DNA of 64,000 nt. Origin: Guillardia theta CCMP2712 (Eukaryota > Protista > Cryptophyta). Below are positions 1 to 10,680 of the stretch, piece after piece (position 1 is the first letter of the stretch; the number at the start of each line of letters is the position of its first letter). The translations under genes and the position numbers were made by a program. Location: NCBI RefSeq assembly GCF_000315625.1, contig NW_005434500.1, positions 1-64,000 on the forward strand, given 5' to 3'. The notes beneath the pieces were generated by a model that saw only the letters and a list, made by a program, of their open reading frames with translations, made no database searches and was not told where the DNA came from.

Positions 1-1919
1 TGCTTTGCAATGTCGGCAAACGCGCGCACGAAGGAGCTCACGCGCGTCTGCTGCACGGGATACTTCGCCTGCCAGGGCGATCAGAGACAGAGGGCAAGGA
101 GGCAGCAAGAAACGAGCAGTGAGCAACGGGAAGAACGGGGAGACCTGTTGAAGTGCGGAAAGCAGCGAGAGGAGTCGTGTAAAGAAGGAAGAAGGAGGAA
201 GGTGAATGTGGAGAAGGAAGAAGGAAAGGGGCGGAGGAAGGGAGGAGGGAGGAAACGAAGTGAGAAGGAGGGAGGAGAGCGGTAGAGACGAGGAAAGGCA
301 GGAGTTGGCCGAGGGAGGTAGGAAAGTGAACAGCGAGGGGACCTGATATTGCAGTCTCTTGATGTGATTGAGACATGTGACCGCATCCTGGAAGCAGAAG
401 AGAATCAAGAGAAGAAGGACAAGGCTAGTCTTGCTACCCTGCCGGACACAGAGCTCACTCCTCCTGCGAAGGCGACGAGGTTGGGCTCGATGGCGTCGAG
501 GAGGAGGTCGAGTTTGGTGTAGGAGGCGAGGTTGGGAGGGAGGGACTGCAACGAGTTCACAGCAGGAAGTGGGGGAGAGGGAATAAGTGAGTGCATGGCC
601 GGGCAATGATGGGGAGTGCACAGAGAAGAATCAAAGGGTGGAGTTCAAGAAAGAGATGGAAAGAGTAGAAGAAGGGGAAGGAGTCGACGACGGAAGGAGG
701 AAGGAGGAACAAGGAAGGAGGAAGAGGCAGGAGGAAGAGGCAGGAGGAAGAGGCAGGAAGAAGAGGCAGGAGGAAGAGGAAGGAAGAAGGAAGAAGGATC
801 AAGCAGGAAAGAGGAAAGAGAAAGCAAGAAGGAAGGGAGTGGTTGGAACAGAAACGGAAGCGAGGAGGGAGGAGGAGGATGAATACCTTAGATGTGCCCG
901 CTCTCATGCGTCCGCCCCGAATCTCGAAGAAAGCGCCAAGAGGGGAAGCCGCGAGCTGTGGAAAACAAAAGTTAATGAGGAGGAGGAGGGTGAGGGTGAG
1001 GGGGAAGAAGAGGTGGGGAGGTAGAGAGAACGAGGAGGAGGAAGCAGAAGCATCAAGGACAGGAAGGCGGAGGGGAGACGGGAAGAGAGAGGAAGGGGAG
1101 GCGAGTAAGCTTGCGATCTACCTCAGCAAGCTGCTCCTCAGCACGCATGTAGGCCTCCCTCCCCTCCCTCCCCTTGGCATCCTTGAGGACATACAGCTTG
1201 ATCTCCCGCTTCTTGGTCTCCTCGATCACGAACCGCTCGTTCCCGTACACGGACAGGAGCTTGTTGAACGAGCTGATCTTCGTCCCGTCAAACTTGCTCC
1301 GCGGGAAGTCAGGGAACATGTTCTTCCACTCCCTACCGAAGGACAGGGAGTCGATGCACCCTCCCGCCGCCCTCACAACCGCCTCTGCATTGTTGAGCGC
1401 CAGTTCAACCAGCTCAGCCGATGGCTCTTGGAGCACGGAGCCGCTAGAAGAGCCCCAATCCTTCTCTGCCTGCTCTTTCTCTTCCTCATTTCCTCCGCTG
1501 GAGCACATTTGCACGGCGTGAAGGCGTGCGGGCGGTGGAGGACGGGAAAGAAAGGATGGTAGGGGGCCTTCCGTCCTGGTAGCGCAGAGGCCCCGAACTC
1601 TGCTGCTGATGCCTCCTCCTGGGAGAGTCGGGATGAAGCCATGGCAAGTCGACAACATGACGATCATTATCAGCAGCATGCTGCTTCTGCACTTCCCTGG
1701 TCCAGCCCTTTCATACCACCCACAGCCTCCACGTCGAGAGGAGAATGAGGAGGGAGAAGCACGATTCTTCTCGTGCGATCTTGGTCTTGCACACATCTCC
1801 ATCATCGCATGGTCTTTCTTCGGCTCTCTTCCATCTCCTCCTGCATCGCCGCCTCTCCTGTTTCCTTCCCCTGTCCCTGCCCCCCATGGATTCACCATGT
1901 TTTCGCACCCTACTTCCAT
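1..1919 (-). CDS. Multi-exon gene, 3' end runs off the window; probable plastid-targeted protein with an OST-HTH/LOTUS-like domain
   Basis: ORF 1053-1919 contains MLLIMIVMLSTCHG-F (signal peptide then Phe) and an S/R/P-rich transit-like stretch. It then reads AEAVVRAAGGCIDSLSFGREWKNMFPDFPRSKFDGTKISSFNKLLSVYGNERFVIE, resembling the OST-HTH consensus. Further exon-like blocks lie at ~890-960, ~400-560, ~340-390 and 1-70. Start codon uncertain (1679 or upstream). Confidence 0.6.
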
Positions 1920-2049
1920 CCCGAGTCCAATCTTTGCAATAGTTTCATTTTCCTCAAAGGAATATTGAGAGTAATTTTGAAAAGTTCAGCATGAATATGA
2001 AATCTAAACTTCAGGAGATTTTCAATAATAATTCATTTTCTATGAAATT

Positions 2050-3080
2050 TTAATTGTTAACTTCAAATTTGCACAAAGAGGGATTCCAAATGTTTGGCCT
2101 CCATTTTTTTGTTACGTGGTAAACCTGCCACAAGGAATGGCGCAAAGAAACAATCGAATGCGCAAAGAAGCATCGTAGCGCCTGCCATGCTAGAGCAGGA
2201 AGAGAGCAGGGCAGATACTGGAGGAGAGTGAGCAAAAGAAGTGCAGGAGATGCGATGGGGCGGGAGATGGGACGGGAGAGAGGGATGGGATGGGATACCT
2301 TAGTCTTCCAAGAAACCGAGCATGAAGATACTGATGAGTTGTAAGAACATTGTCAATCTTGATCAGCTATCCAAAAGGAAGAATCGAAAACATACAAGAG
2401 TATTTGAATTGAGTGTTGACATGTCGTGTTTTAGGCGAACGTGGTTTCCATTGGAGAGATCGAGGTTGGATGGGTGCGGCTATCATGAGGATTGTAGAAG
2501 CAGAGGAAGATAATGAGATTATGAGAAGCACCTTTTTCGACTCCATTAGACGACAAGAGAGATGTCTGCATATTGTCATGGTCAAATCTCAAGTAAGAGG
2601 GTGACGTGTTGACAGATTAGTTGTAAAATTATTGTGACAAGTTGTAAACCATAGTTGTTTGTTTCGCCCGTCTATGGCGTCATGGATTTCCCATGCTACA
2701 GTAGGGTGATTGGAATAAATCTCGCGTGAGCTTCCCATGTGTGTTTGCAATCACACCTGAGGAATGGTGGCGCTGAGCTTGAAGATGTAGCAAACAGTGT
2801 TTGAGTGAGAATATCTTTCATGTTCATGTTGGGACCGGGAGATTGGATGAATTAGGCAGGAATCTCCGGTCGCCGAAGATAAGGTGTAGCAGGAATGAGC
2901 TTCGAAAGGAGGAGGAGGAGAGGGAGAGGGAGAGGGAGAGGGAGAAGGAGCCTCGGACGGGGGGTGGGGAGGCTGAGGGGGACGAGGAGGTGGAGCCTGG
3001 GAGAGTAGAAGTACGGCGGTACGGCAGGAGGAGGAGGAGCAGCTTGAGCAGAACGGCGGTGCCGGTCGGGTCCAACCGTC
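2050..3080 (-). CDS. Possible multi-exon hypothetical gene whose 5' end abuts a GC patch
   Basis: Coding-like blocks separated by low-complexity intron-like tracts; no recognisable motif. Confidence 0.3.
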
Positions 3081-3139
3081 AGCAATGACTGGTAAACTTC
3101 TAGTAGCACTCATGGGGGCTAGCCTGCCCGGCACTGGTG

Positions 3140-3795
3140 GCAAGCGCGGCCGGGCCGGGCCCGGGCCGCCCGGCGGCCGCGGCCCCCCGGGCCCGGCCGT
3201 CACAACCATGAGTCACCGGGCAGTCTCTGCACGGTCAGTCCGATCAGCCTTCCGAAGTTCACCGAGTGATCAGCCTGGCAGGCTGCCCCCGGCCGCCGGC
3301 CAGCCTCGGAGCCCGGCGTGACCGTCCGGGCCCCGGCTGATCATCCGGCGAGGCGCCGCCGATCCGGTGGCCGTCACGTCACGTGCGGACTCTGAGCCTT
3401 CTGAGTCACGGACCGTACAGCGGCCCGGATCGGATCATCGGATCATCGGATCATCGATCCGACGCCGTCGGACCGTACCGGCGGCATGATCAGTGGCCGC
3501 ACCGTGACTCAGTGAGCTATGCTAAGCCCGGGCCGCCGGGTCAGAGTCGGCCGCGCCGTCCGATCACCGGGCCGTGACCGTCGACCGTACGGTAGGCTCC
3601 GGGGCTACTTATTACGGTACCGTCGCCGGTACTTCGGTGCGGTGACCGTTGAATGTGAGTACTAGCCCGTAGTTATACGGCCCGCGGCCGCCGGGCGGCA
3701 GCCGGGCTCACGGCAGTCACGGTGGCCGGCCCGCCGGGCGGCAGCCGGGCTCACGGCAGTCACGGTGGCCGGCCGCGCACCGTGCGGCTGGTCAC
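3140..3795. repeat. GC-rich GTSAC/GASTC/CCGG motif patch
   Basis: More than ten GTCAC/GTGAC sites, many CCGG/GGCC palindromes, and local duplications (cggatcat x3 near 3431; a ~43-bp tandem at ~3690-3775). Confidence 0.8.
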
Positions 3796-4100
3796 TGATG
3801 GAACGTATGCCAGCCGTGCCAGTCAGATAGCGCCGAGTTAACAAAAAACTCTCCTGTAAACCAAGACGACTTACGTGTTTTGCGAGGCGGCATGTAGTAC
3901 GTGTGGACGAAGAGGGGCCTTTCCTAGCCGTCTTGCTAAGGTCCTCTCATGTCTGGATGCTTGGGTTTCACATGCTAGCATACAGTCTATCTCTCATGTG
4001 CTCCTCAATTCTGGATTTGTGTGCATTAAACTCGGTCTTGAGCAAAAACTGTCTTGTTACAACTAAGGTCGATGTGATATCTGCGTGACTTTGGACTAGT
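3796..4100 (+). repeat. Inverted, 3'-truncated LTR copy; palindrome arm pairing with 4128-4436
   Basis: Reverse complement of 4128-4436 apart from a 5-bp indel, with a 27-nt spacer at 4101-4127. Confidence 0.9.
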
Positions 4101-4436
4101 GACGGAATACAAGTTTGTTAGACTTGTACTAGTCCAAAGTCACGCAGATATCACATCGACCTTAGTTGTAACAAGACAGTTTTTGCTCAAGACCGAGTTT
4201 AATGCACACAAATCCAGAATTGAGGAGCACATGAGAGATAGACTGTATGCTAGCATGTGAAACCCAAGCATCCAGACATGAGAGGACCTTAGCAAGACGG
4301 CTAGGAAAGGCCCCTCTTCGTCCACACGTACTACCGTACATGCCGCCTCGCAAAACACGTAAGTCGTCTTGGTTTACAGGAGAGTTTTTTGTTAACTCGG
4401 CGCTATCTGACTGGCACGGCTGGCATACGTTCCATC
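4100..4436 (-). repeat. 3' LTR
   Basis: Preceded on the - strand by the PPT; ends ...TTCCGTCA. Confidence 0.85.
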
Positions 4437-5311
4437 CTCCCCCCGAGTTTCTGAAATAGTACGTTACATCGGACGTCAGAAAGTCACACAAACAAGCTTG
4501 AAGAGAATGTCAGCAGAGTTCCAAGTCAAGATACGATGATACAACGTCAAGTTCACAGTCATGCTGAGTGGGCAATAACCATTCAAGGATTGTCCATTCT
4601 GAAGAAGAATTTCATGCAGGGCTATTAGATGGGGCAGTGCAGAGATAAGGGAGATGCCTGGCGAGCTGATGCAATGACGAGAGAAGGAGGATAAGATAAG
4701 AGAGTCTGAGGAGAGAACTTCGGAGTTCAGATAACAGAGAGAGAGAGAGAGAGAGCGTGCCCGCCGGCATTTGAAGACCAAAAGATAAAGTTTGAACCGT
4801 AAAGAACTTGTCACCAGAGATTGCTGCCGCGAGATGGAACATCCGTTTCAAGGCATTCGAAGATTGTTGTGCAGTTGTACCTTGTTCGCCGATCCAGAAG
4901 TAGCTCCAGTTATGCATGCCACAGCCTAGCTCCATGACATGAAAACTTCCGCCAGATCTCCTGGTAGTTCCATTTGATCCTACTCAAAGATCAAGAAAAA
5001 TAAGAATCGAATCAGCTTCAAGTGCGTTTCCACACGGTTAAGCAGATATTCGACCGACCAATCTGACTGGGGAAAGGCTTGTTTTTCCTATTCGAAGATC
5101 AATCAAACAAATTGAGGCTGAGATAGGCCTAAACAACTTGCGGCTAGAAAGAGAGCCTGATTGAAGAGAGGAGTCATCCGAATGTGTACAGCTTGATAGA
5201 ATTTGCATGAATTTTCAACAGCAACGGGAAAACAATACCAAGAAAGAAAAAACTCCAGTAAACAATTCAACTAACCAAATATAAGATCAACATGATTGAG
5301 CATGTAATCGA

Positions 5312-5322
5312 GGCTCATAACC
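5312..5322 (-). promoter_or_regulatory. Primer-binding site complementary to the initiator tRNA-Met anticodon stem-loop (half-tRNA priming)
   Basis: The + strand reads GGCTCATAACC, the tRNAiMet anticodon arm, directly abutting the LTR; same PBS type as Ty5 and Drosophila copia. Confidence 0.8.
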
Positions 5323-5658
5323 GACGGAATACAAGTTTGTTAGACTTGTACTAGTCCAAAGTCACGCAGATATCACATCGACCTTAGTTGTAACAAGACA
5401 GTTTTTGCTCAAGACCGAGTTTAATGCACACAAATCCAGAATTGAGGAGCACATGAGAGATAGACTGTATGCTAGCATGTGAAACCCAAGCATCCAGACA
5501 TGAGAGGACCTTAGCAAGACGGCTCAGTAGGAAAGGCCCCTCTTCGTCCACACGTACTACATGCCGCCTCGCAAAACACGTAAGTCGTCTTGGTTTACAG
5601 GAGAGTTTTTTGTTAACTCGGCGCTATCTGACTGGCACGGCTGGCATACGTTCCATCA
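5323..5658 (-). repeat. 5' LTR
   Basis: Near-identical to 4101-4436; followed on the - strand by the PBS. Confidence 0.85.
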
Positions 5659-6967
5659 GTCACGGGCAGGCTGCAGCCGCCAAACTTTGCCATCATTTTC
5701 AGATTGAACTTCGGAAACTTTTAAACATTAAACTTCGGATGTTCGCCGGGAAGTTTTCAGTCACTCAAAGTTTGCACGATAACGAACTTCTTGGAGGCCC
5801 TCAGGTCTCGTGCAGCCACACAAAGTTCCAACTTGGGATCGTGTACCCACCCGTACTTAAAATACCACAATTCATGGAAAAGTACGGGTACACCACAGAC
5901 CCGAACGGGGGCCAACACAACTCTTGTTATTATGAACTTCGGAAACAGGGTGGCTCTCTCCAAGATGTTTCTGAAATAATGAAAATCAATCTTCAAATTT
6001 CAGCACAGATTTTGAAATATACCCTGAATGAAAGCAATATTTCCAAAATTCTCCCAAGCTTGATGACAGAGATACTTTTGGCGGTTTTTGGGTCACAAAG
6101 TTCAGCATTTATTAACTAAAGATACCTACCTTCACTATCCCTTCACCCCTCCATTCGAGTGATATTTTGTGATAATGGATATGGTGGGGTAGTCCACAAC
6201 CTCGCCACCACCCCTGCTCGTACATCTTGACCACCCCTACCTGATAAAGCATCAAGCGTGACGTTCCCCCGGGTGGGTATTCGCACCCCCTGCATGCCAC
6301 CTAATAGGAGGGGGTCATGGTCGGGTTGGTGCGAACAATGGGAGGCAGCAAGGAGGTTTAACGTGATGGTAGAGAAGACGGAGAAGGTGGAAGGCGAAGA
6401 ACATTCTTCAGACACGAGGACATCAGATTGTTTGCGCAAGATCACAAGTTAGTTTCATGCCAATTGCTGCATGCTGTAGTGCTAGTCAAAGGCAGGACAT
6501 TCGGTAGCAGCAAGCTGCAATGGTTGGTTTGTGATTTTATGTGCTGGGTTCAGAGGCAATGAGATGAATTCGAACGAGGATTGAGTCGAAATGCGGATAT
6601 TTCTCCCGAAGATGCCCGGAAAGATGCAAAGCTGCAAACCACTTATGTCATAGATTTGGTTCCTACTCTATTGGTCTTTAGACTGAGAAGGGTAGGGAAT
6701 GTCTACTTTTGTTTCCATGCACAACATGGAAATAATTTGAATCACTCATATGTGTATCATTGTGTATCATTCACATTCGAGTCATTCATATCTCCTTCTC
6801 TCACGAACTCTCAAGTCTCCGCCTGCCCTGCCTTAGTCGATTGAAGCTGTTCATCCAGGTCAATGGAGTGATCGGAGGAAGAAGTACCCGGGCGAAGCCC
6901 AACAAGAAACGAGCAAAGCAACGTCCTGTCCGACATCAGCCTCGAAGCAGAGGACGAGCAGCCCAGA

Positions 6968-8292
6968 ATGCTGCCTGACGCTAGGGGAAGGGGAGCCTTG
7001 CTCCTGCTCCTGGTTGTGCTCCAGTCTCAGCTGTCGCTCAGCTTCATGATCGCGCCATGTCCCAGGTTTGAGTAGGAGGATGTTCGATGCCAGTGCACTG
7101 AATGGTGGCTGACCAGGTTCCCCTCCATCTCTCCTCCTCTTCGCAGTTCTCCCTCCCATGGCGTCGCCTTCAAGCCCAGGCGCTCAATCGGAGGCCCGCA
7201 CATGATGCTGCCGTCCCCTCTTGACGTCTTCAAGGTGTGTCTGCCACTGGAGGAAGGAGGGAGGGAGGGAAGACAATGAAGAGCAACAGCGATGATGAGC
7301 TGGAGGACGAGGTGAGCTCGCGTATTGACTGAGTGCCTATCAGGTCTATGAGTTCTACCTGCACAAGTACCCTCACCCGGTCGACACCCTCACCGGTATG
7401 GCGCTCTACGTGCTCGGCAAGGTCACCTGCGACGCCATCAACAAGCAGCCATGGCGACCGAAACGCGAGTATGGGAGGTGGGCGGTCATGGGCTGCCTCG
7501 ATGGGTACTTCACGCACGCCTGGTATTGGTACATCGAGATGGCAGCGTCAGGGCTGCAGCCCCTGCTTAAGTTGTCGAGCATGGTGAGATATCTCCCTCG
7601 TGCTGCTCCCACTCGCCTGCTCATTTGCAGGCTCTCTCATCTCTTGCCTTGTTTCTTGCTCCCTCCTCCCCATCGTCTACCTCCCTGGCCTCTGAGACGC
7701 TTTCACCCAGGTTCTTACGTCATCCTTCCTGTACACGCCGGTGTACTGCCTCGCCTTCCTGGTGGTGATGGGCTTTCTGGAGGGAAGGAGAGCGGCGGGT
7801 GTGGTCGACAAGGTCAAGAAAGGCTTCGCAGAGCTGACGTCCATGACGATCCGGACATGGATGCCGCTAAATCTTATCCTCTTCGGGTGAGTGCGCCCCA
7901 AGACTCCTTCCTATGATGTTGTGACGGCTCCCTGTGCTCGTAGCGTCGTCCCCCTCCAGCTCCGAGTGTCCTTCTCCATGGCCTGCCACTACCTGTACCT
8001 CATTGCGCTTGCCATGTGGGAGTCTGGCCTGCTCACGGCCTTCATCGCCCGTGTCAAGAGTCGTGGTCCCCAGCAGCCCCTGGAGCTCCAGCCCAGCAGC
8101 CTGGCAACAATCAAGGTAGTCGTCCGCCTGGAGGAAGTGGACCCGGCGGCCGCCGACTCGCCTGTAGTCTGTGCACCCATCAACGCTGACTTCCTGGCGG
8201 GGATACCCCTGCCAGAGGAGATACCCGTGGGCACAGATGAAGCGGAGAAGCAAGGAGCAAGAGAACCGAAAGCTCGCGCCAATACGGGTTAG
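6968..8292 (+). CDS. Mpv17/PMP22 family membrane protein with bipartite-type presequence (multi-exon)
   Basis: N-terminus MLPDARGRGALLLLLVVLQSQLSLS-F. Exons encode YEFYLHKYPHPVDTLTGMALYVLG, GCLDGYFTHAWYWYIE, LYTPVYCLAFL, WMPLNLILFG and VVPLQLRVSFSM, following the Mpv17/PMP22 pattern. Confidence 0.8.
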
Positions 8293-8499
8293 ACTTTTTT
8301 CAATAGATGAACAGAGGAAATTAATCTTTGGTGCGACGGTTGACACTGTGATTCCCCAACGTGAAACCTATCCCAGAGCGAATCAAATGCAAACTACCAT
8401 TCTGACAAGTTAAAGCACGTAATAGCGAGATCTTGTGAAGTAATCTAATTTAATCACACACACTCTATACATCCGAACTCAAAAAGGGGCAGGAAAACT

Positions 8500-9271
8500 T
8501 TACAAGGACATGGCCATGAGCGAAAGCTCACGGAACTGATCCTCCGTCGCCATCTCGCCCTCGTCCGCCTGACCAAAGCTCTGCGCTTTGTGAAACACAC
8601 TGGCCAGCGTGCTACTGGATCCAGAGAAGGACGACACAGTGCTCAGCATCTCATCGGCACCGAGCTTCTTCTCCCTCCAGCAGCGCACGCAGGTCTCGAT
8701 CGCGTTCCTTGCACCCGCTGGCAGCTCGTTGTACGCGGTACGGAGGACAGCCTCGGTCAGAGGAGCAGGAAGAGAGTTTCCTTTCTTGGCCACAACCTCG
8801 ACTTCGCTGATATCTCCCTTCGAGCACTCGAGCTGGTACTGCGGGCTCGCGTTTGCCGGCTGGTCAACTGACTCGGGGAAGCTGATGGGATGCTGAGATG
8901 CAATCTGAGCCGAGATCTGGCGCTCTTTCGCGTCGGTGGCATGCTTCCTTGCAATCATTTCATCCACTTGATTCTGAGAGGACAATGTCAAACACAAGGT
9001 CGGAAAGGAGTTGAACATTATAGTTTACCTTGAGTTCGGTGAAGAGGATAGAAGTCCGGTACAACTTTGCCTTGGAATCGTTCTCGTAACCAAAGCTATA
9101 GAAGGGAATTCCTGCCCCAGGAAACCAGTCGCCTTCAGCAAACTTGCGTTTTCCAAGGCAGGAATCGAATGCTCCAATGGGACGAGGGGACGTCTCCGGG
9201 GAAGGAGTGAAAGTAGCTTGCTCGCTGAAAGGGCCGCGTGGGGGCATAGAGGTCGGGGTGATAGAGGTCAT
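8500..9271 (-). CDS. Two-exon hypothetical protein with a possible C-terminal RST-like helical domain
   Basis: ORFs 8960-9271 and 8500-9018 can be joined by a GT-AG intron at ~9027-8975; C-terminal AYNELPAGARNAIETCVRCWREKKLGADEMLSTVSSFSG. Confidence 0.65.
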
Positions 9272-9719
9272 ACTTCGTAAGTCGGGAGCTTGATACGGAT
9301 GAACTGAGAAGAACGCGAAGGTTCAACAAGAAAGAGGAAGGGGAGGTGAGGGGTGTGACTGGCTGGAAGGTGGGTCTTGAGTAAGAGCAGCTGTCTTCTG
9401 AGACTTCAAGGTCTGACTTGCTCGCACGAGGAGGTTCTGGATGAAGGTGAGGGGCGTGAAGGGATCCTTATAGTGGAGACGCCCCCTTGTTAGTATACTT
9501 GTAAATGAAGAGATGCCTTTTGATTATTGGACCCAGTGTACCCCTCTAAATCGCCAGAAATACACCGGCCATGAGCTCGGCATACGCTGAATTTATATCG
9601 GATCGTTGCGTTCTCTAATGCTTTTTAAGCTGTTCAACAACTATATAGCCGGATTTCAATACCGGTTAAAACAATCTAAACTTTCAATAAATAACTTTTA
9701 AATTCTATGACGCCCGCTT

Positions 9720-10680
9720 TAGATGTGGAAGGGACATGGATAAGTCGGCAGTGGGGTGGTCCCTGGGGGGACAAGGGGTGGAGATACCTGGGGTAGTCCA
9801 GGGGGATATAAAGATAGAGTGATGCTTCGGGCCGAGGGGTGGGTGAGATAGACCAAATGTGTCTTTACAAGGGTGGTAGGAATACAGGGTGGGTGAATGT
9901 TTGGTTGAGTGGGGTGGTACAGGCTAGGGTACAATTTTTGATTCATAACAGGGTAGGTACTGGACTGAAAACAGAAGGGTGTAATCGAGCTGTAAGGGGA
10001 TCAGATATTTTCGGGGGGGTTCTCCACAAAGTAGTCATATTTCTACCAAGGTAGGTGGTATCTGTGAACACAGGCTTACAAACTGCTTAGTTAAAGGTAT
10101 TTGAGCTCATTGAGAGCAATGGGGCATACCCACTCAATTCTTCAATTGACCTACTATGGTTTTTGAATCAGGTATGTACCCTAGCCCTCTGAGTTTCTAC
10201 GTGCTTTTTTACCCCCGACCTGTAGGTCAAATTTTGAGTTTGTTTGTGTGTGCCGAGTGGCATGCTGCGTTTTTACGAAGGGGAGTAGTGTAAACTACCG
10301 CAGTTTTGCAGGGGTGTAGGTAGTGGCGAATCAATTAGAGCTTCAATCATAATATCGAGAATGTAGTATATGGGTCACCAACAACAGTTCAAACCTGTCT
10401 TAAAGCAATTGGGATATTGTTGGACTACTACCGTGACCCCTGATATCTCATGTACCCACCCCACCCACCCTCGACCTTCGCTACATCATTCCCGTAACAG
10501 ATTTGCTATAGGTAAAACCTGAAGGGAATGACCTTCCGTCACAGGTAGTACTAAGGGGTGGGTCTGCATGTGTGGGGTGGGGGATCGGAAAACACGTGGG
10601 ACAAGGAGGGGACTGAGGGGTGGGGTGCTATGAAGGAAGGGGTCCTGCTTCCGAAAAGTGTGACAACTAGCGGGATGCTG
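9720..10680. other. GGGT/ACCC-rich intergenic tract
   Basis: Frequent GGGTA/TACCC/GGGG runs and no convincing ORF. Confidence 0.55.

Larger units (their letters stand above)
3796..5658 (-). mobile_element. Non-autonomous Ty1/copia (hemivirus-type) LTR element with an extra inverted LTR copy
   Basis: Direct LTRs at 4100/4101-4436 and 5323-5658; inverted partial LTR at 3796-4100. Outer ends TG..CA with a 5-bp TSD GTCAC (3791-3795 and 5659-5663). PBS GGTTATGAGCC at 5312-5322 (- strand); PPT GGGGGGAG at 4437-4444 (- strand). No intact gag/pol ORF. Confidence 0.85.

Noticed and set aside
4476-4814. YCP...SADIL as a copia RNase H remnant
   Set aside because: Spacing and surrounding residues do not match convincingly.
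3796-5658. Penelope-like or DIRS interpretation of the direct+inverted repeats
   Set aside because: No hammerhead core or internal complementary region found by eye; the PBS, PPT, TG..CA ends and 5-bp TSD fit a copia-type LTR element better.
5469-6119. 216-aa ORF
   Set aside because: Starts inside the LTR and runs into intergenic DNA; no motif.
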